Shown here piece by piece: positions 1-13,599 of a DNA stretch of 64,000 nucleotides. Position 1 is the stretch's first letter. Every line of letters starts with the position of its first letter. Source of the stretch: Octopus sinensis (lineage: Eukaryota); NCBI RefSeq assembly GCF_006345805.1, contig NC_043004.1, forward strand, positions 26,660,001 through 26,724,000, read 5' to 3'. The translations under genes were made by a program, and so were the position numbers. Below the pieces are notes generated by a model. That model saw only the letters and a program-made list of their open reading frames with translations, made no database searches and was not told the origin of the DNA.

Positions 1-159
1 GTTTATATTGTTTAATGTTTACTCCAATCAAACCTAGTAGGAACAGAATGATTAATATATTTGTTTGGCCTGCAATATGGCTAAATGTTAGCTGAGAAGG
101 AACACAACTTCTAAATTAGACCTTTCTTACACAGAAACAAAGCAATTAATTTGAGGAAA

Positions 160-290
160 GAAGTAAATTGATTAAATTGATTCCCCTGTAGTCATGGATT
201 AGGTACTTTATTTTAGTGACACCTCTGCCCCCAGAAGGATGAGAGCCAAAGAACACCTTGGTAGGATTTGAACTCAGAACATAAGTTTCC
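160..290 (-). mobile_element. Degenerate tRNA-derived SINE, family B
   Basis: Diverged reverse complement of the 2639-2860 copy (ggtacttt..., gaaggatga..., atttgaactcagaac). Confidence 0.6.
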
Positions 291-2311
291 TTATAAAACT
301 ACATGTCCAGTTCTGGCCAATATTCCCTTACAAAAATTCATAACCGATTATATTGCAGGAAATCACCTTTAATTTCCTATAAGTGGTGACCTCTAAAATC
401 TGAACAATGTAGTCATATTCTTGATTTCATAGCTTGGAGTTCAAACAAATCTGTGACCATTTTTCTTATTACACTCACATTTTTTTCTAGAAGAACATCA
501 CTGTCAGTGTTGAGAAACTTTTGTGTGATTGGACAATGCCTTGTTTACCAATTCATTCATAATTTCCTGTATTTTTCTCCATCAGCTGAAAGCTTTTTCC
601 TTTTGGCTATCAACTTAGCACACTGTTTGAAGCCAACTTTCACCTCTGTTACTGTTCTGCTTCACTCAAAAATAATACTAACCAACTACAAAAAGCAATA
701 TTCAGTCTTGAGAAAAATTGACTAATTCAGTGCAGCACAGCCCTACTGCAACAACCACCATCATCACTACCATCACAGAAGATATGCCAAATGTTGAATA
801 AAAGAATTTGAGGAAATAGAAACACTGAAATCATTAGAATTACAGCTGTAATTTCCAGTTTGCATGAAGAATTTATATTTCAGATAGTTTTTCTATTCTG
901 CTAATTATTCCAAGAAATTGAACCGTTTATTTTTTTATTCTTTAAATTGTAATTAACTATTTCAACTTTTTAACTCATTTAAACATAAATTATTGTAACT
1001 AACTCAGAAAAAATGTATTTTCTTTGCCTTTCATTTTTTTCTTGAGTGTTAGAGTGTGATTTAATGGAGACATGGCTGCTATTTCTAGGTGCTGAAACAG
1101 ATTTCAGTAGATTCTACTGGCCAACTTTGGCTTTAAATCTCCCCATAGTAAACAAAATAAATAGCAATGTCTTTGATTCGATCACTTTAAGTTCCATCAC
1201 CAATCATTAACATTATTTAGTTATTAAAGACCGTTTTTATAACAGTGATGTTTCTTCTCTAAAACTAGTTTTCAGACAGATTTGTACTGCAACATTTAAA
1301 AGATGTCTCCAGCACATTTTGTTCTATTTAAAACTCTGATTTCATCCTATTCTGCTAAGAACAAAAAATAAGAATAAAGGAGAAATGAAACAAACTCTGA
1401 GCCATTTTGTTTATTGATGGTTGTATAAATGGTAAGCTTCATCTTAAAGTATATTTAAGATTACTTATAAGAAACATAGCACTAAACATGAAGTAAAGAA
1501 ACCATAAAATGTTAAACAGAACAGCAGAATGTCTGCTGAGCAATACATTTATCTCTTATTGTTTGATTCCAACCTATAAATCTCTGGATTTTTCTGATGA
1601 TGTCAGCATTGATCAGTTACATTTAGTAATTCCTTTGCTGGCCTTATGCAAATTCAGTTAGTCATGTGGAATGAAAAATGGCTCCTTGCTGTGGCATAAG
1701 TTATGACCGAGAGAAAGCCATGAATAAAAGAAACTGTGTGAATGCAATTATGCTTGACTAGTAACTTTGTATTTTGTGGAACAGTGCTTGGGGAATGGAG
1801 AGAGAAAGAAAGAGACAGAGAGAGGGTTTATATACATTTTTGTTATATCATTATTACAGATACAACACAAAATAGGGGAAACACATTTCTATCAACATGA
1901 TATTATCATTTAAAACAATGTATCTTTACTGTTGACAATAACTTACTGATGAAGTTGGTAAGGTGCTACATCAGCAACTAAAGGGTACCTGATTCAAATT
2001 CTACCATTAGCATACACCCAGTGTCTATCACTCTATAACAGTCCACTCCACCCACCTATAATAATTCAACATTAAATTACAGCTGTAGCTCGAAGTAACA
2101 GAATTGTAGAATTTGTTTCAAAGGTTGGCAAAAGGCTTTCTATGTGTAAAGGCTGAGTTGATTGAATAGAATCATATACATGACTCACACTTAGGGATTA
2201 CACACAATGGGACGGAACCTGAAACCATGTAACTGGGAAGTAAACTTCTTAATCACACAGTCATAACCTGTTCCAAGCTGGATGTATATATATATATATA
2301 GATACATACAT

Positions 2312-2596
<285 letters not shown>

Positions 2597-2601
2597 TGTA
2601 T

Positions 2602-2638
<37 letters not shown>

Positions 2639-2860
2639 AGGCGAGCTGGTAGAAACGTTAGCACGCCGGGCGAAATTCGTAGCCGTATTTCATCTGTCGT
2701 TACGTTCCGAGTTCAAATTCCGCCGAGGTCGACTTTGCCTTTCATCCTTTCGGGGTCGATAAATTAAGTACGCACTGGGGTCGATGTAATCGACTTAATC
2801 CCTTTGTCTGTCCTTGTTTGTCCCCTCTGTGTTTAGCCCCTTGTGGGTAGTAAAGAAATA
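2639..2860 (+). mobile_element. tRNA-derived SINE, family B, near full length
   Basis: Head ggcgagctggtagaaacgttag, B-box-like gagttcaaattcc, core gcctttcatcctttcggggtcgataaattaagtac (Meta-domain-like); many copies in the window. Confidence 0.9.
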
Positions 2861-2880
2861 TATATATATATATATATATA

Positions 2881-3389
2881 GGGTCATCCCATGAATAATG
2901 CAGTTTTTTTTTCAATTGCATGAACTAAAAGTCGGAAGGGGGTGGGATAAACTACCTGCATAAACTTGCTATAAAAGCAGGTAGTAATTTTAACTTATTC
3001 TTAGTACAAGTTTTGAGGAGTGCAGTTCGATTCTAAAAGTTATTTTTTCAAACCTATAAAGGAAGTGACAAAGGAGCATATTTAGCATATTTTGCTTTAT
3101 GAGTCCAATACAGGCAACAAACCAACGGAAAGTGTGAGGAATATTAATGCAGTATGTGGGGGATGAACAATAAGCATAAGCCAATGTCAACGGTTGTTAT
3201 GGAAATTCCGAGCCGGAACCTACAGTCTAGAAGGCGAGCCTCATCCTGTAAGATTTGTAGAGCTCCACGAAATTGGGTCAATGAGTTCCTCATAAGCTTT
3301 CTGAGTCTAATCGCGCGCAGAGAGTGAAGGCGTGCTCTTCTCCCGAATCAACTTTTTTTGGACTGAGTAGTGACTGGTGATGAGAAATG
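2881..3389 (+). mobile_element. Decayed mariner transposon, 5' part with internal deletion
   Basis: Broken translation HILLYE..NINAV..CQR..KFRAG.YSLE..P, then (W)VPHKLSESN..RV..CSS and VTGDEK; starts after (TA)n. Confidence 0.85.
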
Positions 3390-3680
3390 AGGGCGCATGG
3401 CTTAGTAGTTAGAATGTTGGACACATGATCGCGAGATAGTGGATTCAATTCGTAGACTAGGTGGTACATTGTGTTATTGAGCAGGACACTTCATCTCATG
3501 CTGCTCTGCTATCACTTCGACACCTGAGTCGTAGCACACAGTGCACCTGTTCGGACAACGTTGATTTGATGGAGAGAGTGAGCTTAAGTGTGGCATGAAC
3601 ATCTAATCAATATAAACGATTAATTTGTGCAGGTCATTTGGCAAAAGGTGAACGCTTATTCGTCATATTCGACGGGAGAG
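3389..3680 (+). mobile_element. tRNA-derived SINE, family C
   Basis: Head ggcgcatggcttagtagttag, core ttgagcaggacacttcat; related to the minus copies at 25525-25870 and 28375-28532. Confidence 0.7.
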
Positions 3681-3705
3681 TCCACTATATATGTGTATAT
3701 ATATA

Positions 3706-3778
<73 letters not shown>

Positions 3779-3885
3779 CATATGTATATATGAATGTATG
3801 TATACAATTGCAGCGGGGAAGGTGTTTGTAAGCCATTTAAGAAACACACAAAATCCGTTAGATTCACTTTAACATTTAAATTTAA

Positions 3886-3935
3886 TTTTCAAAATATTTT
3901 CGTCGCTTTGAGACCGCGACCTGTTCACTGACAAA
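3886..3935 (-). ncRNA. Hammerhead-like motif with variant core
   Basis: Minus strand: tttgtca GTGAACAG gtcgc-ggtctcaaa-gcgac GAAA atattt tga; 5-bp stem II followed by GAAA, core deviates from CUGANGA. Confidence 0.45.
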
Positions 3936-3961
3936 ACTTCATGCAGCACGAACATTTTCAC

Positions 3962-5041
3962 TAGTACCCACAAAGGAAGGAAGCAGGTTGCTCTTGCAGC
4001 TTATATAATAACTGTCCAGTAGGAGGCTGAAGGGGTCACCTATGAGGCTACGGTGATACCTAGACCTGCTATCCGCAATAACAGTATTGTACCATCCAAC
4101 AGCAGATTAACCAGATCTCACACCTGTACAATTGCTATTCCCAGAGATAATAACTATAGAGAGCGTCACCGAAGACCTCGGTACAGCCGCCACGGATAAG
4201 GAACAATCCATAAACACAGATAAGGTGACCAGGCCCGCAACATATGTTACCACCAGTATAATTACCAGGCCTAGAAATGATGACCAATCCAGGACCAGCG
4301 ACTTGGAGGAGGTATCCGCTGTTCCCAGTACCGCCACCGCGGATGATGACCAAATACTTACCTTCAACACTGATGGAATGACCAGGGGTACCATTAGGGT
4401 CACATCTCATGTTTGTAAATAGATTGGATCTGCGAGTACTTCCTTCAAGCGACATTTTCTTAATCACCAATCATCCTTCAGAGTCCCAGAAAGACAGTTT
4501 GTCACTCCCTGGCTCGCCATGTGTGGCATCTCAAAGATCAAAGGACCCCGTGCGATATCAGAAGGAAATTAATTGATCATCCGGGCCCATATGTTAATGG
4601 AAGTGACCGTGCAAGATCCCACATCGCGGGAGAGCCAAAATTCTTAAGGGCTATACGAAATCTGGCACGTGGTCGGAAAGAAGTGTTTTATAAATGTGTC
4701 CACTTCAACCGCTACTCAATGGGAAATTGGATCTCCCCGTTTCCTTGTTATGTCGCACTGGGTCTATAAGAGATGTTCTTTTTTTTTCCTGGTTAAGGGG
4801 AAATAACCGGTCCTCATTAACGTTTTATTTTTTTGTTTTGTTAAGACGTATTTCTCGTTTTCCGAGCGTTTCCTCACGTCCGTGATATAGAAATTAAAAC
4901 TTTTTGTCTTTTATGTTGAGTGTGACTTATCTTTGTAATGAGATCGTTCACAAGCCGTTCACAAGATCGTTCCCAAGATCGTTCTCAAGGCTTTAACTTT
5001 GTGGATACAAAATCTTGGGTAAGATATAAAATTTTGTTGTA
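3962..5041 (+). mobile_element. Penelope-like element 3' portion with decayed GIY-YIG endonuclease
   Basis: CSCSLYNNCPVGG (3989), EGVTYEATV (4029), then *IGSASTSFKRHFLNHQSSF (4420), VWHLKDQ, RKEVFYKCVH; AT-rich tail ending at (TA)n. Confidence 0.85.
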
Positions 5042-5052
5042 CTATATATATA

Positions 5053-5136
<84 letters not shown>

Positions 5137-5393
5137 AATAATGAGAGTGACAAATTGAATATTAATTTAATTAATTTCAATTTAAAACCAGTAGCCTAGC
5201 ATATAGAAAAATCTGAAAATTCAGAAAAATTGTAATACATGCGTAGAATAGGGATGACCACTAAGTGGACATCCAATATGCTAGAAGATCACCTACGATC
5301 TCATTACAAAGAAAGGAATGTTCTCTAGAGAAATTCAGCAAACACCAGAACATAAGCGGGTAAGACAGATGAAAATATAAAAAAAACAGAATT

Positions 5394-5464
5394 GATAGTA
5401 GATCGGTTTCGTCATCAACGATTTTACTTACGTAATCATCGTCCGTGGACTCTTCAGTACGATC
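5394..5464 (-). ncRNA. Type I hammerhead ribozyme motif in a short repeat (about 5135-5500)
   Basis: gatcgta CTGAAGA gtc...gac GAAA Ccg ATC tactatc; stem I 6/7 bp, 40-nt stem II region, one mismatch in stem III. Confidence 0.8.
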
Positions 5465-5819
5465 GCTCCAATTCAATATAACCATCCCTAAATACAGCAA
5501 TATATATATATACATTTATAGGAAGCAGGGTTTGAAAATGCAAAGATCTTTTAAAGATGTTTATTGACTTGACGCGTATACGTGTGAGTATGCGTTTGTG
5601 TGTGTGTATGTGGGCGTGGTTATGTAATTTTCGGGTGTGTGTGTGTGCTATATTTATTGTTGTGAAGTGTGTGTGTACGTGTGAGTGCAAGTGTGTATGT
5701 TATTATTCTGTGTGGTGCGTGCAAATGTTAGGGTGTATTATTGTGAGTGTTTTGTTTGTATTGTTTGTACAGTGTCTATGTATACGTAGATTAAACATCT
5801 TCATTGATATACTCTTAAA

Positions 5820-6153
5820 ATCTATGAGCAATCCAAATCAAAATATAGCCTGTCTTCCCACAAATACCTGTTGGAGAATTGGAAACGCTACTTGGATGAT
5901 TGCCTCATCCTATGATCTCACACACTCGGCCAACTCAATGAATTCAAAAATTTAATCAACAGTGTCCACAACCATATCCAATTTACAATGGATTATAGTC
6001 AAGACCAACTTCCATTTCTAGATATTCATATTATAAAAAAAGAACCCAACATTGAAACTGATATCCACCACAAACCAACTGATTCCAAGCAATACCTCCT
6101 GTTCACCTCTAATCATCCAAAGCAAACGAAGACAAACATTCCCTTCAATCTAG
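5820..6153 (+). pseudogene. Penelope-like reverse transcriptase fragment
   Basis: WKRYLDDCLIL*...IQFTM...LPFLDI...ETDIHHKPTDSKQYL..SNHP..KTNIPFNL. Confidence 0.9.
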
Positions 6154-7149
6154 TATGACAGTCCACCGCCAACAATTGAGGGACCCACTACAAGATAGAT
6201 ACCACTGAGTAGCCATTTAGATTTCTGTGCACAAAACAAGTCCTCTAAATTCCTAGTTTCCCCACTGTACCACTGCCCAGACAACACCACTGACCTAACA
6301 CGAATAAATAAGGAAAACATACTTATTCAAAAATACAGACCACAACTCACCATACTCTAACATACCCCCCCCCCCCCGGTACTCATGCACAACAAACACA
6401 CACAAAAACACGCACAGATGTACAAACACGCAAAATACAATGCAAACTTCCCACACAAACTTATAGGCTAAATTTTTATATATGGAGTAGAGTGAATGTA
6501 TATGTAATCACATGTGTATATAGAGGTATACATACTCATATAAGCATATAGATACACAAATATATACATATGTATATACACGCTCTATGCACATACATAT
6601 ACATGTACAAATGCATATATACATACATATGTAAATAAACACGTAGAAATCATATTAGATATCATTCCAAAAATAATAAAGTTAAAAATAGTGAACCTAA
6701 TACATAAAACGAAATAGTATATCCTAATAAACAAATGATGAAAACTCCCAATGATAGTCATAAACATAACATCAACAATAAACACGACCATCATCATTAT
6801 AATAACAGTACAAAAAACTCAAGCATTACATGCTCTACAACAGAAATAGAACTCAGAAAAATATAAATCTTAATAATTACCACCTTCCTAACCACACTAA
6901 TATAAACAAACCTATAAATACTGGCAACATACACCATAGCTGTATAATTAAAGATAAAAATAGGAACATTAAGGCAACAGGCAGAAAACACAGGAATAAT
7001 CAAAATAAGACAATTTACTGAAATGATATGAATAACCATAATACTCTAATTAATAAGGATAGGAACAACATAGTAAAAAAGAAATTTATACCATGTATGT
7101 AAAGATTTGACTCTCTGAATACAACCAAATTCTTTACCAAAGCAGACAA

Positions 7150-7320
7150 CGAGAAAACCATTTGGATAATAATTCCCTTTGCAAAACACTTAAAATCTAA
7201 CTTTATTAGATGCATCAGAATAATTATTAATGAAAACTTCAAAAACAATAAATACGCAAAAATATTTAATAACAAACATATTAGATTTGGATTTTTCAGT
7301 TTCACCTAATCTTTTTAACA
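7150..7320 (+). pseudogene. PLE RT-endonuclease linker remnant
   Basis: TIWIIIPF...NFIRCIRIIINENF...KIFNNKHIRFGFS..PNL resembles the IIWFNPP..KIFN..VSYS..PN linker of Neptune/Naiad-type PLEs. Confidence 0.6.
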
Positions 7321-7451
7321 ATAAGAAACTAGATGAATTCTATCAAAGCAAACTTACTAAAACTGAACATAGAAACTGAACGCAGAGCTTCCTCTCCACC
7401 TTACTTTTTGGATGCAGCACAAATCTACACGTCTCCGTTAAAACATCCATT

Positions 7452-8406
7452 CTTTTATTCTTTTACTTATTTCTGTTATTTGACTGCGGCCATGTTGGTA
7501 CATCACCTTTAGTCAAGCAAATCGCCCGAGGACGTATTCTTTGTAGGCCTAGTACTTATTCTATCGGTCTCTTTTGCCGAACCGCTAAGTTACGGGGACG
7601 TAAATACAGCATCGGTTGTCAAGCGATGTTGGGGGGACAAATATAGACACACAAACATATACACACATACATGTATGCATACATACATACATACATACAT
7701 ACATACATACATACATACATACATACATACACACACACATACATACATACATACATACATACATACATACATACATACATACATACTTACATACATACAC
7801 ACGCATACATATATATATTGTTTAATTCTATTTGATTATTTATTTAACGATTATTGTTATTATTCTTGACCTGAGGAGTGACTATACTTTTAGATTGAAT
7901 TATTTTTCGATTAAATTTAAATTTAATTGTAATTCGAATTGAAATTATAACAATGAAACGTACGTAGTCTTTTTACTTATTATATTTTGTTTATTCATTT
8001 TTGTACTTTTTGTGATCTAGTTATATGTTTTATAATATATTTTATTTTTCTTTATGATTTGGTCAATGTCTACCATTGTTTGAATTACATAATAGTGGTT
8101 TTTCTCTAATTTATATATATTATATATTTATATTGTGAAATTTGATTTAATACTAAATTGAATTTTCCCCTGTAAGTTTGGAGTTATACTCCCTAATATT
8201 ATATATATATGTGTGTGTGTGCGCGCGCGCGCGCGTGTGTGTGTATACGACGAGCTTCTTTCAGTTTCCGTCCACCAGATCCACTTACAGGCTTTGGTCG
8301 GCCCTAAGCTATAGTAGAAGACACCCAAGTAGCCACGCAGTGGGACTGGACCCGAAACCACGTAGCTGGCAAGCAAGCTACTTACCATACAGCTACTTCT
8401 GCGCCT
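7452..8406 (-). mobile_element. tRNA-derived SINE, family A, split by an insertion in its internal microsatellite
   Basis: 3' half 7452-7665 and 5' half 8225-8406 match the intact copies 27333-27741 and 47853-48238; (TACA)n and HHR-bearing DNA lie between. Confidence 0.85.
7868..7969 (+). ncRNA. Type I hammerhead ribozyme motif with long stem II
   Basis: gac CTGAGGA g..(77 nt)..t GAAA C gtac G TA gtc; palindromic stem III acgtacgt, GUA site at 7964-7966. Confidence 0.8.
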
Positions 8407-9120
8407 ATACATACATATTAAATATATAAATAGTGGCATTGTAGGATGGCATGTATTTTGTTTCTCATGTTATTCCTTCTAGAAAATAGCTGATAATCAG
8501 TGTTAAGAAATATTAGATCCATTTCAGTAATTCATATATCAATGGAGTTTCTTACATGATATTTTAACGTGAATGTGTTGTTTGGTCTCTTTAAACAATT
8601 ATTGCAAAAACAAAACTATTTTTCTGGTAACACATGCTTTTATACTCAAGCTAAATCTTCATTTAAACAAATCTCACTGTAAGTTTCTATCTCCTCCCTC
8701 TCACAAGAATTATAATGTAAGATAAGTAAGTATCGAATTAAAAATTCTTTGAAGTTAAATATTTTAATTCCGTTTATCCCACAATTTCAGTCACTTGTTT
8801 TCACTTTTTCTTGCTTATAACCTCTACTTCACTTATCCCATTGAATATTCCTAAAATTCACTATTTCAAATCGTTTTAGCACACGACACCACTCCTCCTT
8901 CTCTCAGCATTTTGTCACAAAATTTTCTCATTTCCTCTCTCATTGAACGATCCTAAAGTTAAATATTTCAATTCATTTTAAACACTTAATGGACATTGCT
9001 TTTACTCTCACATTGAATGTTCTTAAAGTTAAATTCTCCAATTCATTTTAGCATACAATGATTCTGTCTTTCCTTCTCTCTCCTTTTTGTTTCAGACTCT
9101 CATTGAATTTTCCTTTTCCT

Positions 9121-9440
9121 TCATCATCATCATCATCATCATCGTTTAACATCTGTCTTCTATACGGGCATTAGTAAGATGGTTGATAGGAGCTGGCCAG
9201 GTAGAACACTACCTCAAGTTACTGTCTGTTTTGACATGTTTTTTACAGGTGGGTACCCTTCCTAACACCAACCATTCTACAAAGTGGACTGAGTACTTTT
9301 TATGTGGCACTAGCACTGGCGAGGTTAGTTTTGGCATGATTTTTAGAGCTGGATGCCCTTCCAAATGCCAACCACTTTTCAGTGTAGACTGGATGGGTTT
9401 TACATGACACCAGCACCTGCAGGGTCACCAGGTAACATGC
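9121..9440 (-). mobile_element. SINE-like family D with (GAT)n tail
   Basis: catcatcgtttaac... and ggatgcccttcc...gccaacc; same family at 29307-29595 and 62021-62110. Confidence 0.75.
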
Positions 9441-9879
9441 AAGACAAGGAATTTTGAGAAGGATGGGGGTATTGGAGAGTATTTTGTGTCAGATGAGGAA
9501 AAGTTAGAGTGTGACAAAGAAACAAAAAGGCAGAAACAGGTGTCTTGCAATAGAGGAGATAGATGGTTACAAGTATCAGTGCATAGATGTAATGGTAGAG
9601 TAAGGGAGAAAGAGATAAATGGTGGCAATTACCAGGGCATGTGCTCAAGGTAGGGAGTGGGGATTGCAGTGACTGGTGAAAACTTAGGTATAAAGACGGG
9701 GTGGAGGAAAGCAGTGATAAAGTGAGCAGAGCAGTGAGGGCAGGGAAGTGGGGTGGGAGAAAATCATAGTGTATGAAGAAGAAATGTGAGGAAATGAAAG
9801 ATGCAGTTTAGAAGATGGGATGCAGTTTGGTTTCTTGGTGTAGGGTGTGTGAAAAGTTTATTGTTAAGTGTGAGTGGGA

Positions 9880-10030
9880 CACAATGCTTCTAGAATTCAG
9901 TTTCGCTGATGTGGGTAGTTCTTCTTTAGAGCCTCATATCACCAGACATCCATACTTATTTCCTCTTTGAGCCCTAACACCCTGAGATTGGTTCTCACCA
10001 CTTCATCCCTAATCTTGACCTCCTAGACAG
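9880..10030 (-). mobile_element. RTE-like LINE 3' end remnant
   Basis: Minus strand resembles GR....EVVRTNL..LGL.EE RTE C-terminus. Confidence 0.45.
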
Positions 10031-11139
10031 CATTACGAAGGAAAGCGATGAAGTGATCAATGACAATCCTGTATGTCTTCAAACCCCTGAAGGACAAACA
10101 GACGGCATCACAAAAGCGACCATGAACACCATCCATCTTAAAAACAGTAATAAAAGCAGCAACAACAACAGTCAAAACAGAATTTTAGTGAAAAACAGAG
10201 ATAGACAAATAAGCAATACAGCCAGGAAAAGTGATGCCCTTAAACCCGAAACCAAAAGCAAAGACAAGAACAAAGGCAAAAACCTGAAACACCAAAAGGT
10301 AAAATGAACAAATACAAGGAAAGAAACTGACAGAGCCAAGATTGTCTGTAAATTTTATTTAAATGGCACCTGCTGACATAGAGAAAAGGGGATCAACTGC
10401 AGTTTTGCCCATCTTAAGCCTCATCAAAACAAGAAACAGGGTAACTGACCAAAACAAAACCAGCAAAAACATAGAAGAGGGAAATTGTCAGACATGGACC
10501 TACAGGCTAATAGTACACCAACGGGAAGATGCAGGTATAAGAATAGGAAAAGAAATCACTATATATCCTCTGCACCCCTCAAAAGGCAATATGCAGTGGC
10601 TGTATGAACTGCAGCTATCAAGCAACAAGCTTTTTTTGAACATGGCCCAGAAGATAGTGCAGCAGCTGATATGGATGCCAAAAATGCAAAATCAAAGCCA
10701 TGCATTTCAATGCACAAGACCACCTCAGGTTATGGACCCAAGACAGCCACCACTAACACCAGTAACACCCACACAGATATCACCGATATTGCTATTAAAC
10801 ATAGGAGATCTGCTAAAACTCTGTAACAGAGGTAAAATTCTCTATCTAAAAGAGTTTGCTTCACTAACTGAGTTTGAGCATGCCAGTGATACAAGGAGCG
10901 TGACATCTTCACAGATATAGCAACTCCTCCAAGCTTTTAGATATATATGAGTCTGTGTTTGTGTGTGTATATATATATTTATATATGAATTTTTGTTTGT
11001 GTGTGTGCATATATACATACATAATGGGAAAATTCCCTTGTCATCTGTACGACTTGCCTAACTTACTTATCTTTACATTTATATATATATATATATATAT
11101 ATAAAATACATATATACATATATTACATACATATATACA

Positions 11140-12130
11140 GAGGTAACATCAATAGAACCAAATGGGCAACTAAATGTGTGAAAGTATGTGGGAGTAACTG
11201 AAGATCCCTTCAAAAACTGCTTTAACAATCACAAGTCCTCATTCAACATCCTGGAGAGACACAATGCCACAACTCTGGCCAAGCACTTTTGGTCTTTGAA
11301 AGAAAGCACCACCGAGTACACCATAAAGTGGAAGATCCTGGAGAAATGTACACTGCACTTTAATAGTAGCAAGAAGCGTAGGTTGTGCCTGGCTGAGAAA
11401 AGAGAGCCAGCACTCAGGCATTTACCTGAATAGCAGAAGTGAAGTGTTTAATCCTTGCCCACATGAAAGAAAGTACATCCTATCATACCAGTGTGCCTCA
11501 TCATGACTACAATCATCAGTCCCCTTAGCTTTGTTTCTCATCCAATACTCTGGAGTCCAGCAAAGAGTTTGACCAGAGAATTCATCAATGCACCCACATA
11601 CAAACATGCTTGCCCCAACACAGTGGACACCTATCAAATAGACTGTTTTCCCCTCCCCACCAATATAAACTCACTCTTACACATTGTTCACCTACACACA
11701 CCACATACACACATAAATCCCCCACAACCTTAACCAATATAGAAAGAAAACACTAATGAACACAGTTCTGTATGCCTGCATCCCCTGAAAAAGTTATACG
11801 CATAGTACCACCACTCATACCTAATTTCCATAAGAACATCAACCTGAAAGATGCATACATGTCCCACAAACCCTTCAAGAAAGCTCATATTGACTTGCAG
11901 GAAGACCAACCCAGTGGCAAGGTTTCAGTACCAAGGGACATAACTCTTGACTTGATCCCCTACTTGTTTCATTCCATAATCTTTTCACGCCAGCCGAAAA
12001 CCAGATGTGTCCAGTCACTGCCAACTATAGAGAGCAATTGCCAAATAGGTGAAAAATTGCATTTTTATGCAACATTGTGGATTAAATATTTAGTAGATAA
12101 TACAATAAAGTATTGGACACAATAGGAAGC
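11140..12130 (+). mobile_element. Penelope-like element 3' portion with GIY-YIG endonuclease remnant (11140-11485)
   Basis: KYVGVTEDPFKNCFNNHKSSF...TTLAKHFWSLKE...IKWKILEK...LCLAEK...YLNSRSEVF.PCPHERKY. Confidence 0.88.
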
Positions 12131-13599
12131 GAGACGATTGTATTCACTGAATATGCATAAATTCTCCATAGGGCAGGGTTTTGGTATAAAGAGGCTCTCA
12201 TATATTTTCTGAAATGAAATCCTCAATAGGCTTTATATATATTTATATTCTAAAATAAAGGTTATAACTGTATGTGATATTTTTCAATTCATTAATTCAC
12301 TGCATTATATTTATATACAAAAATGATTAATGAAAATAAATGAAAATTCGTTGCGATAAAAGGATGCTTTTATTGCAAAATTTTCAAACGATATGAAAAT
12401 ATTGAAATATTTACAATTATTATTCAATTTTTTCCTTATATTGGCTCGTATCTTGCTTATCACATATACTACAATATTCATATATGTTACAATATAAACA
12501 CTAATGTACATACATTTAAATATTGAATAATATGAAAGTGCAAATTAAAGATTTCTAGAAATATACTGTTGGCTATTTAATAGGATGGCTAAACTTCTTA
12601 TGTAGCAACAGAAAAATATTGATCCTTATCAGGAAAATACAGAAACAAATAGGAAATTCTTACTGAAGAATAAGGAAACCAATATACTTTAATAAATTAC
12701 AAATACATTCCCCTGTTGGCTATGTGTTTGAAAATGTTTATCAGTTCTTCATTATCATCAAAGATACTAAACAATTAGAGATTCAAGGGTCTATCTACTT
12801 CACTCAAGCATTACAGCTTATACTAAAATTGAATGTGGGAAAGAATTTCTCCAAACTTGCTGTTACTGAATATGTAATCTATTTGATAATTCATGTGTAT
12901 ATATTTGGAAAGACAAGCTAGACAAGATACACTTTAAGACAATTCAAGGTGGATTTCAAATCATTCGTGGCAGTGACTTGCAGAAATAAAATACTCTCAA
13001 TTCTATCAAAATATTATCCTCTTTTACCTCTTTTTCTCAAAAGAATTTGCAGAGAGTAATTAAATCTTAAGTTTTACTCTTTGTTACCAAGTCTCCATGT
13101 ACCTTTCAATTTAGTTTCATAATTAATCTATTACACTTGTTATTTTCATATATTTTCCTGCTCTACCAAGGAAAGTTCAATAGAGGAAACTTTCTTAAAT
13201 TGGTCAAACACTTAGCCAAAATATAGAAGTATTATCAAAATACTTATATGCTAATTAAACAATAAAACCCAAGATTGCTAATGCTTTTTCTTTTAGATCT
13301 TGATAAGCCAACTAACATTCCTGCCAACTCAGAATTGCTATAGTTTATTTGAAGAATTAATTCTACTTTGAAGTGATAGAAGAACTAAATTCAGTGAGCA
13401 TCATGAATAGAAAGAACTAATAGCGAAGTCATTTTCAAAGAGGTGGTGGGAACAATCTGGTTTGAAAATGTGTATGGTGCATTATATTTGATGGAGGGAA
13501 AATATGTGTAAAGTAGGAAAAGGTCTCAATGGACGAGTCTATAATGCTTGTAACAATACTGGTCGTACAATATCTACAATGTTTGAACAGTTGTATCAG

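Noticed and set aside
1940-2010. CTGATGA as a possible hammerhead core
   Set aside because: No GAAAC..NUH partner; reads better as a decayed tRNA-type SINE head with A/B boxes
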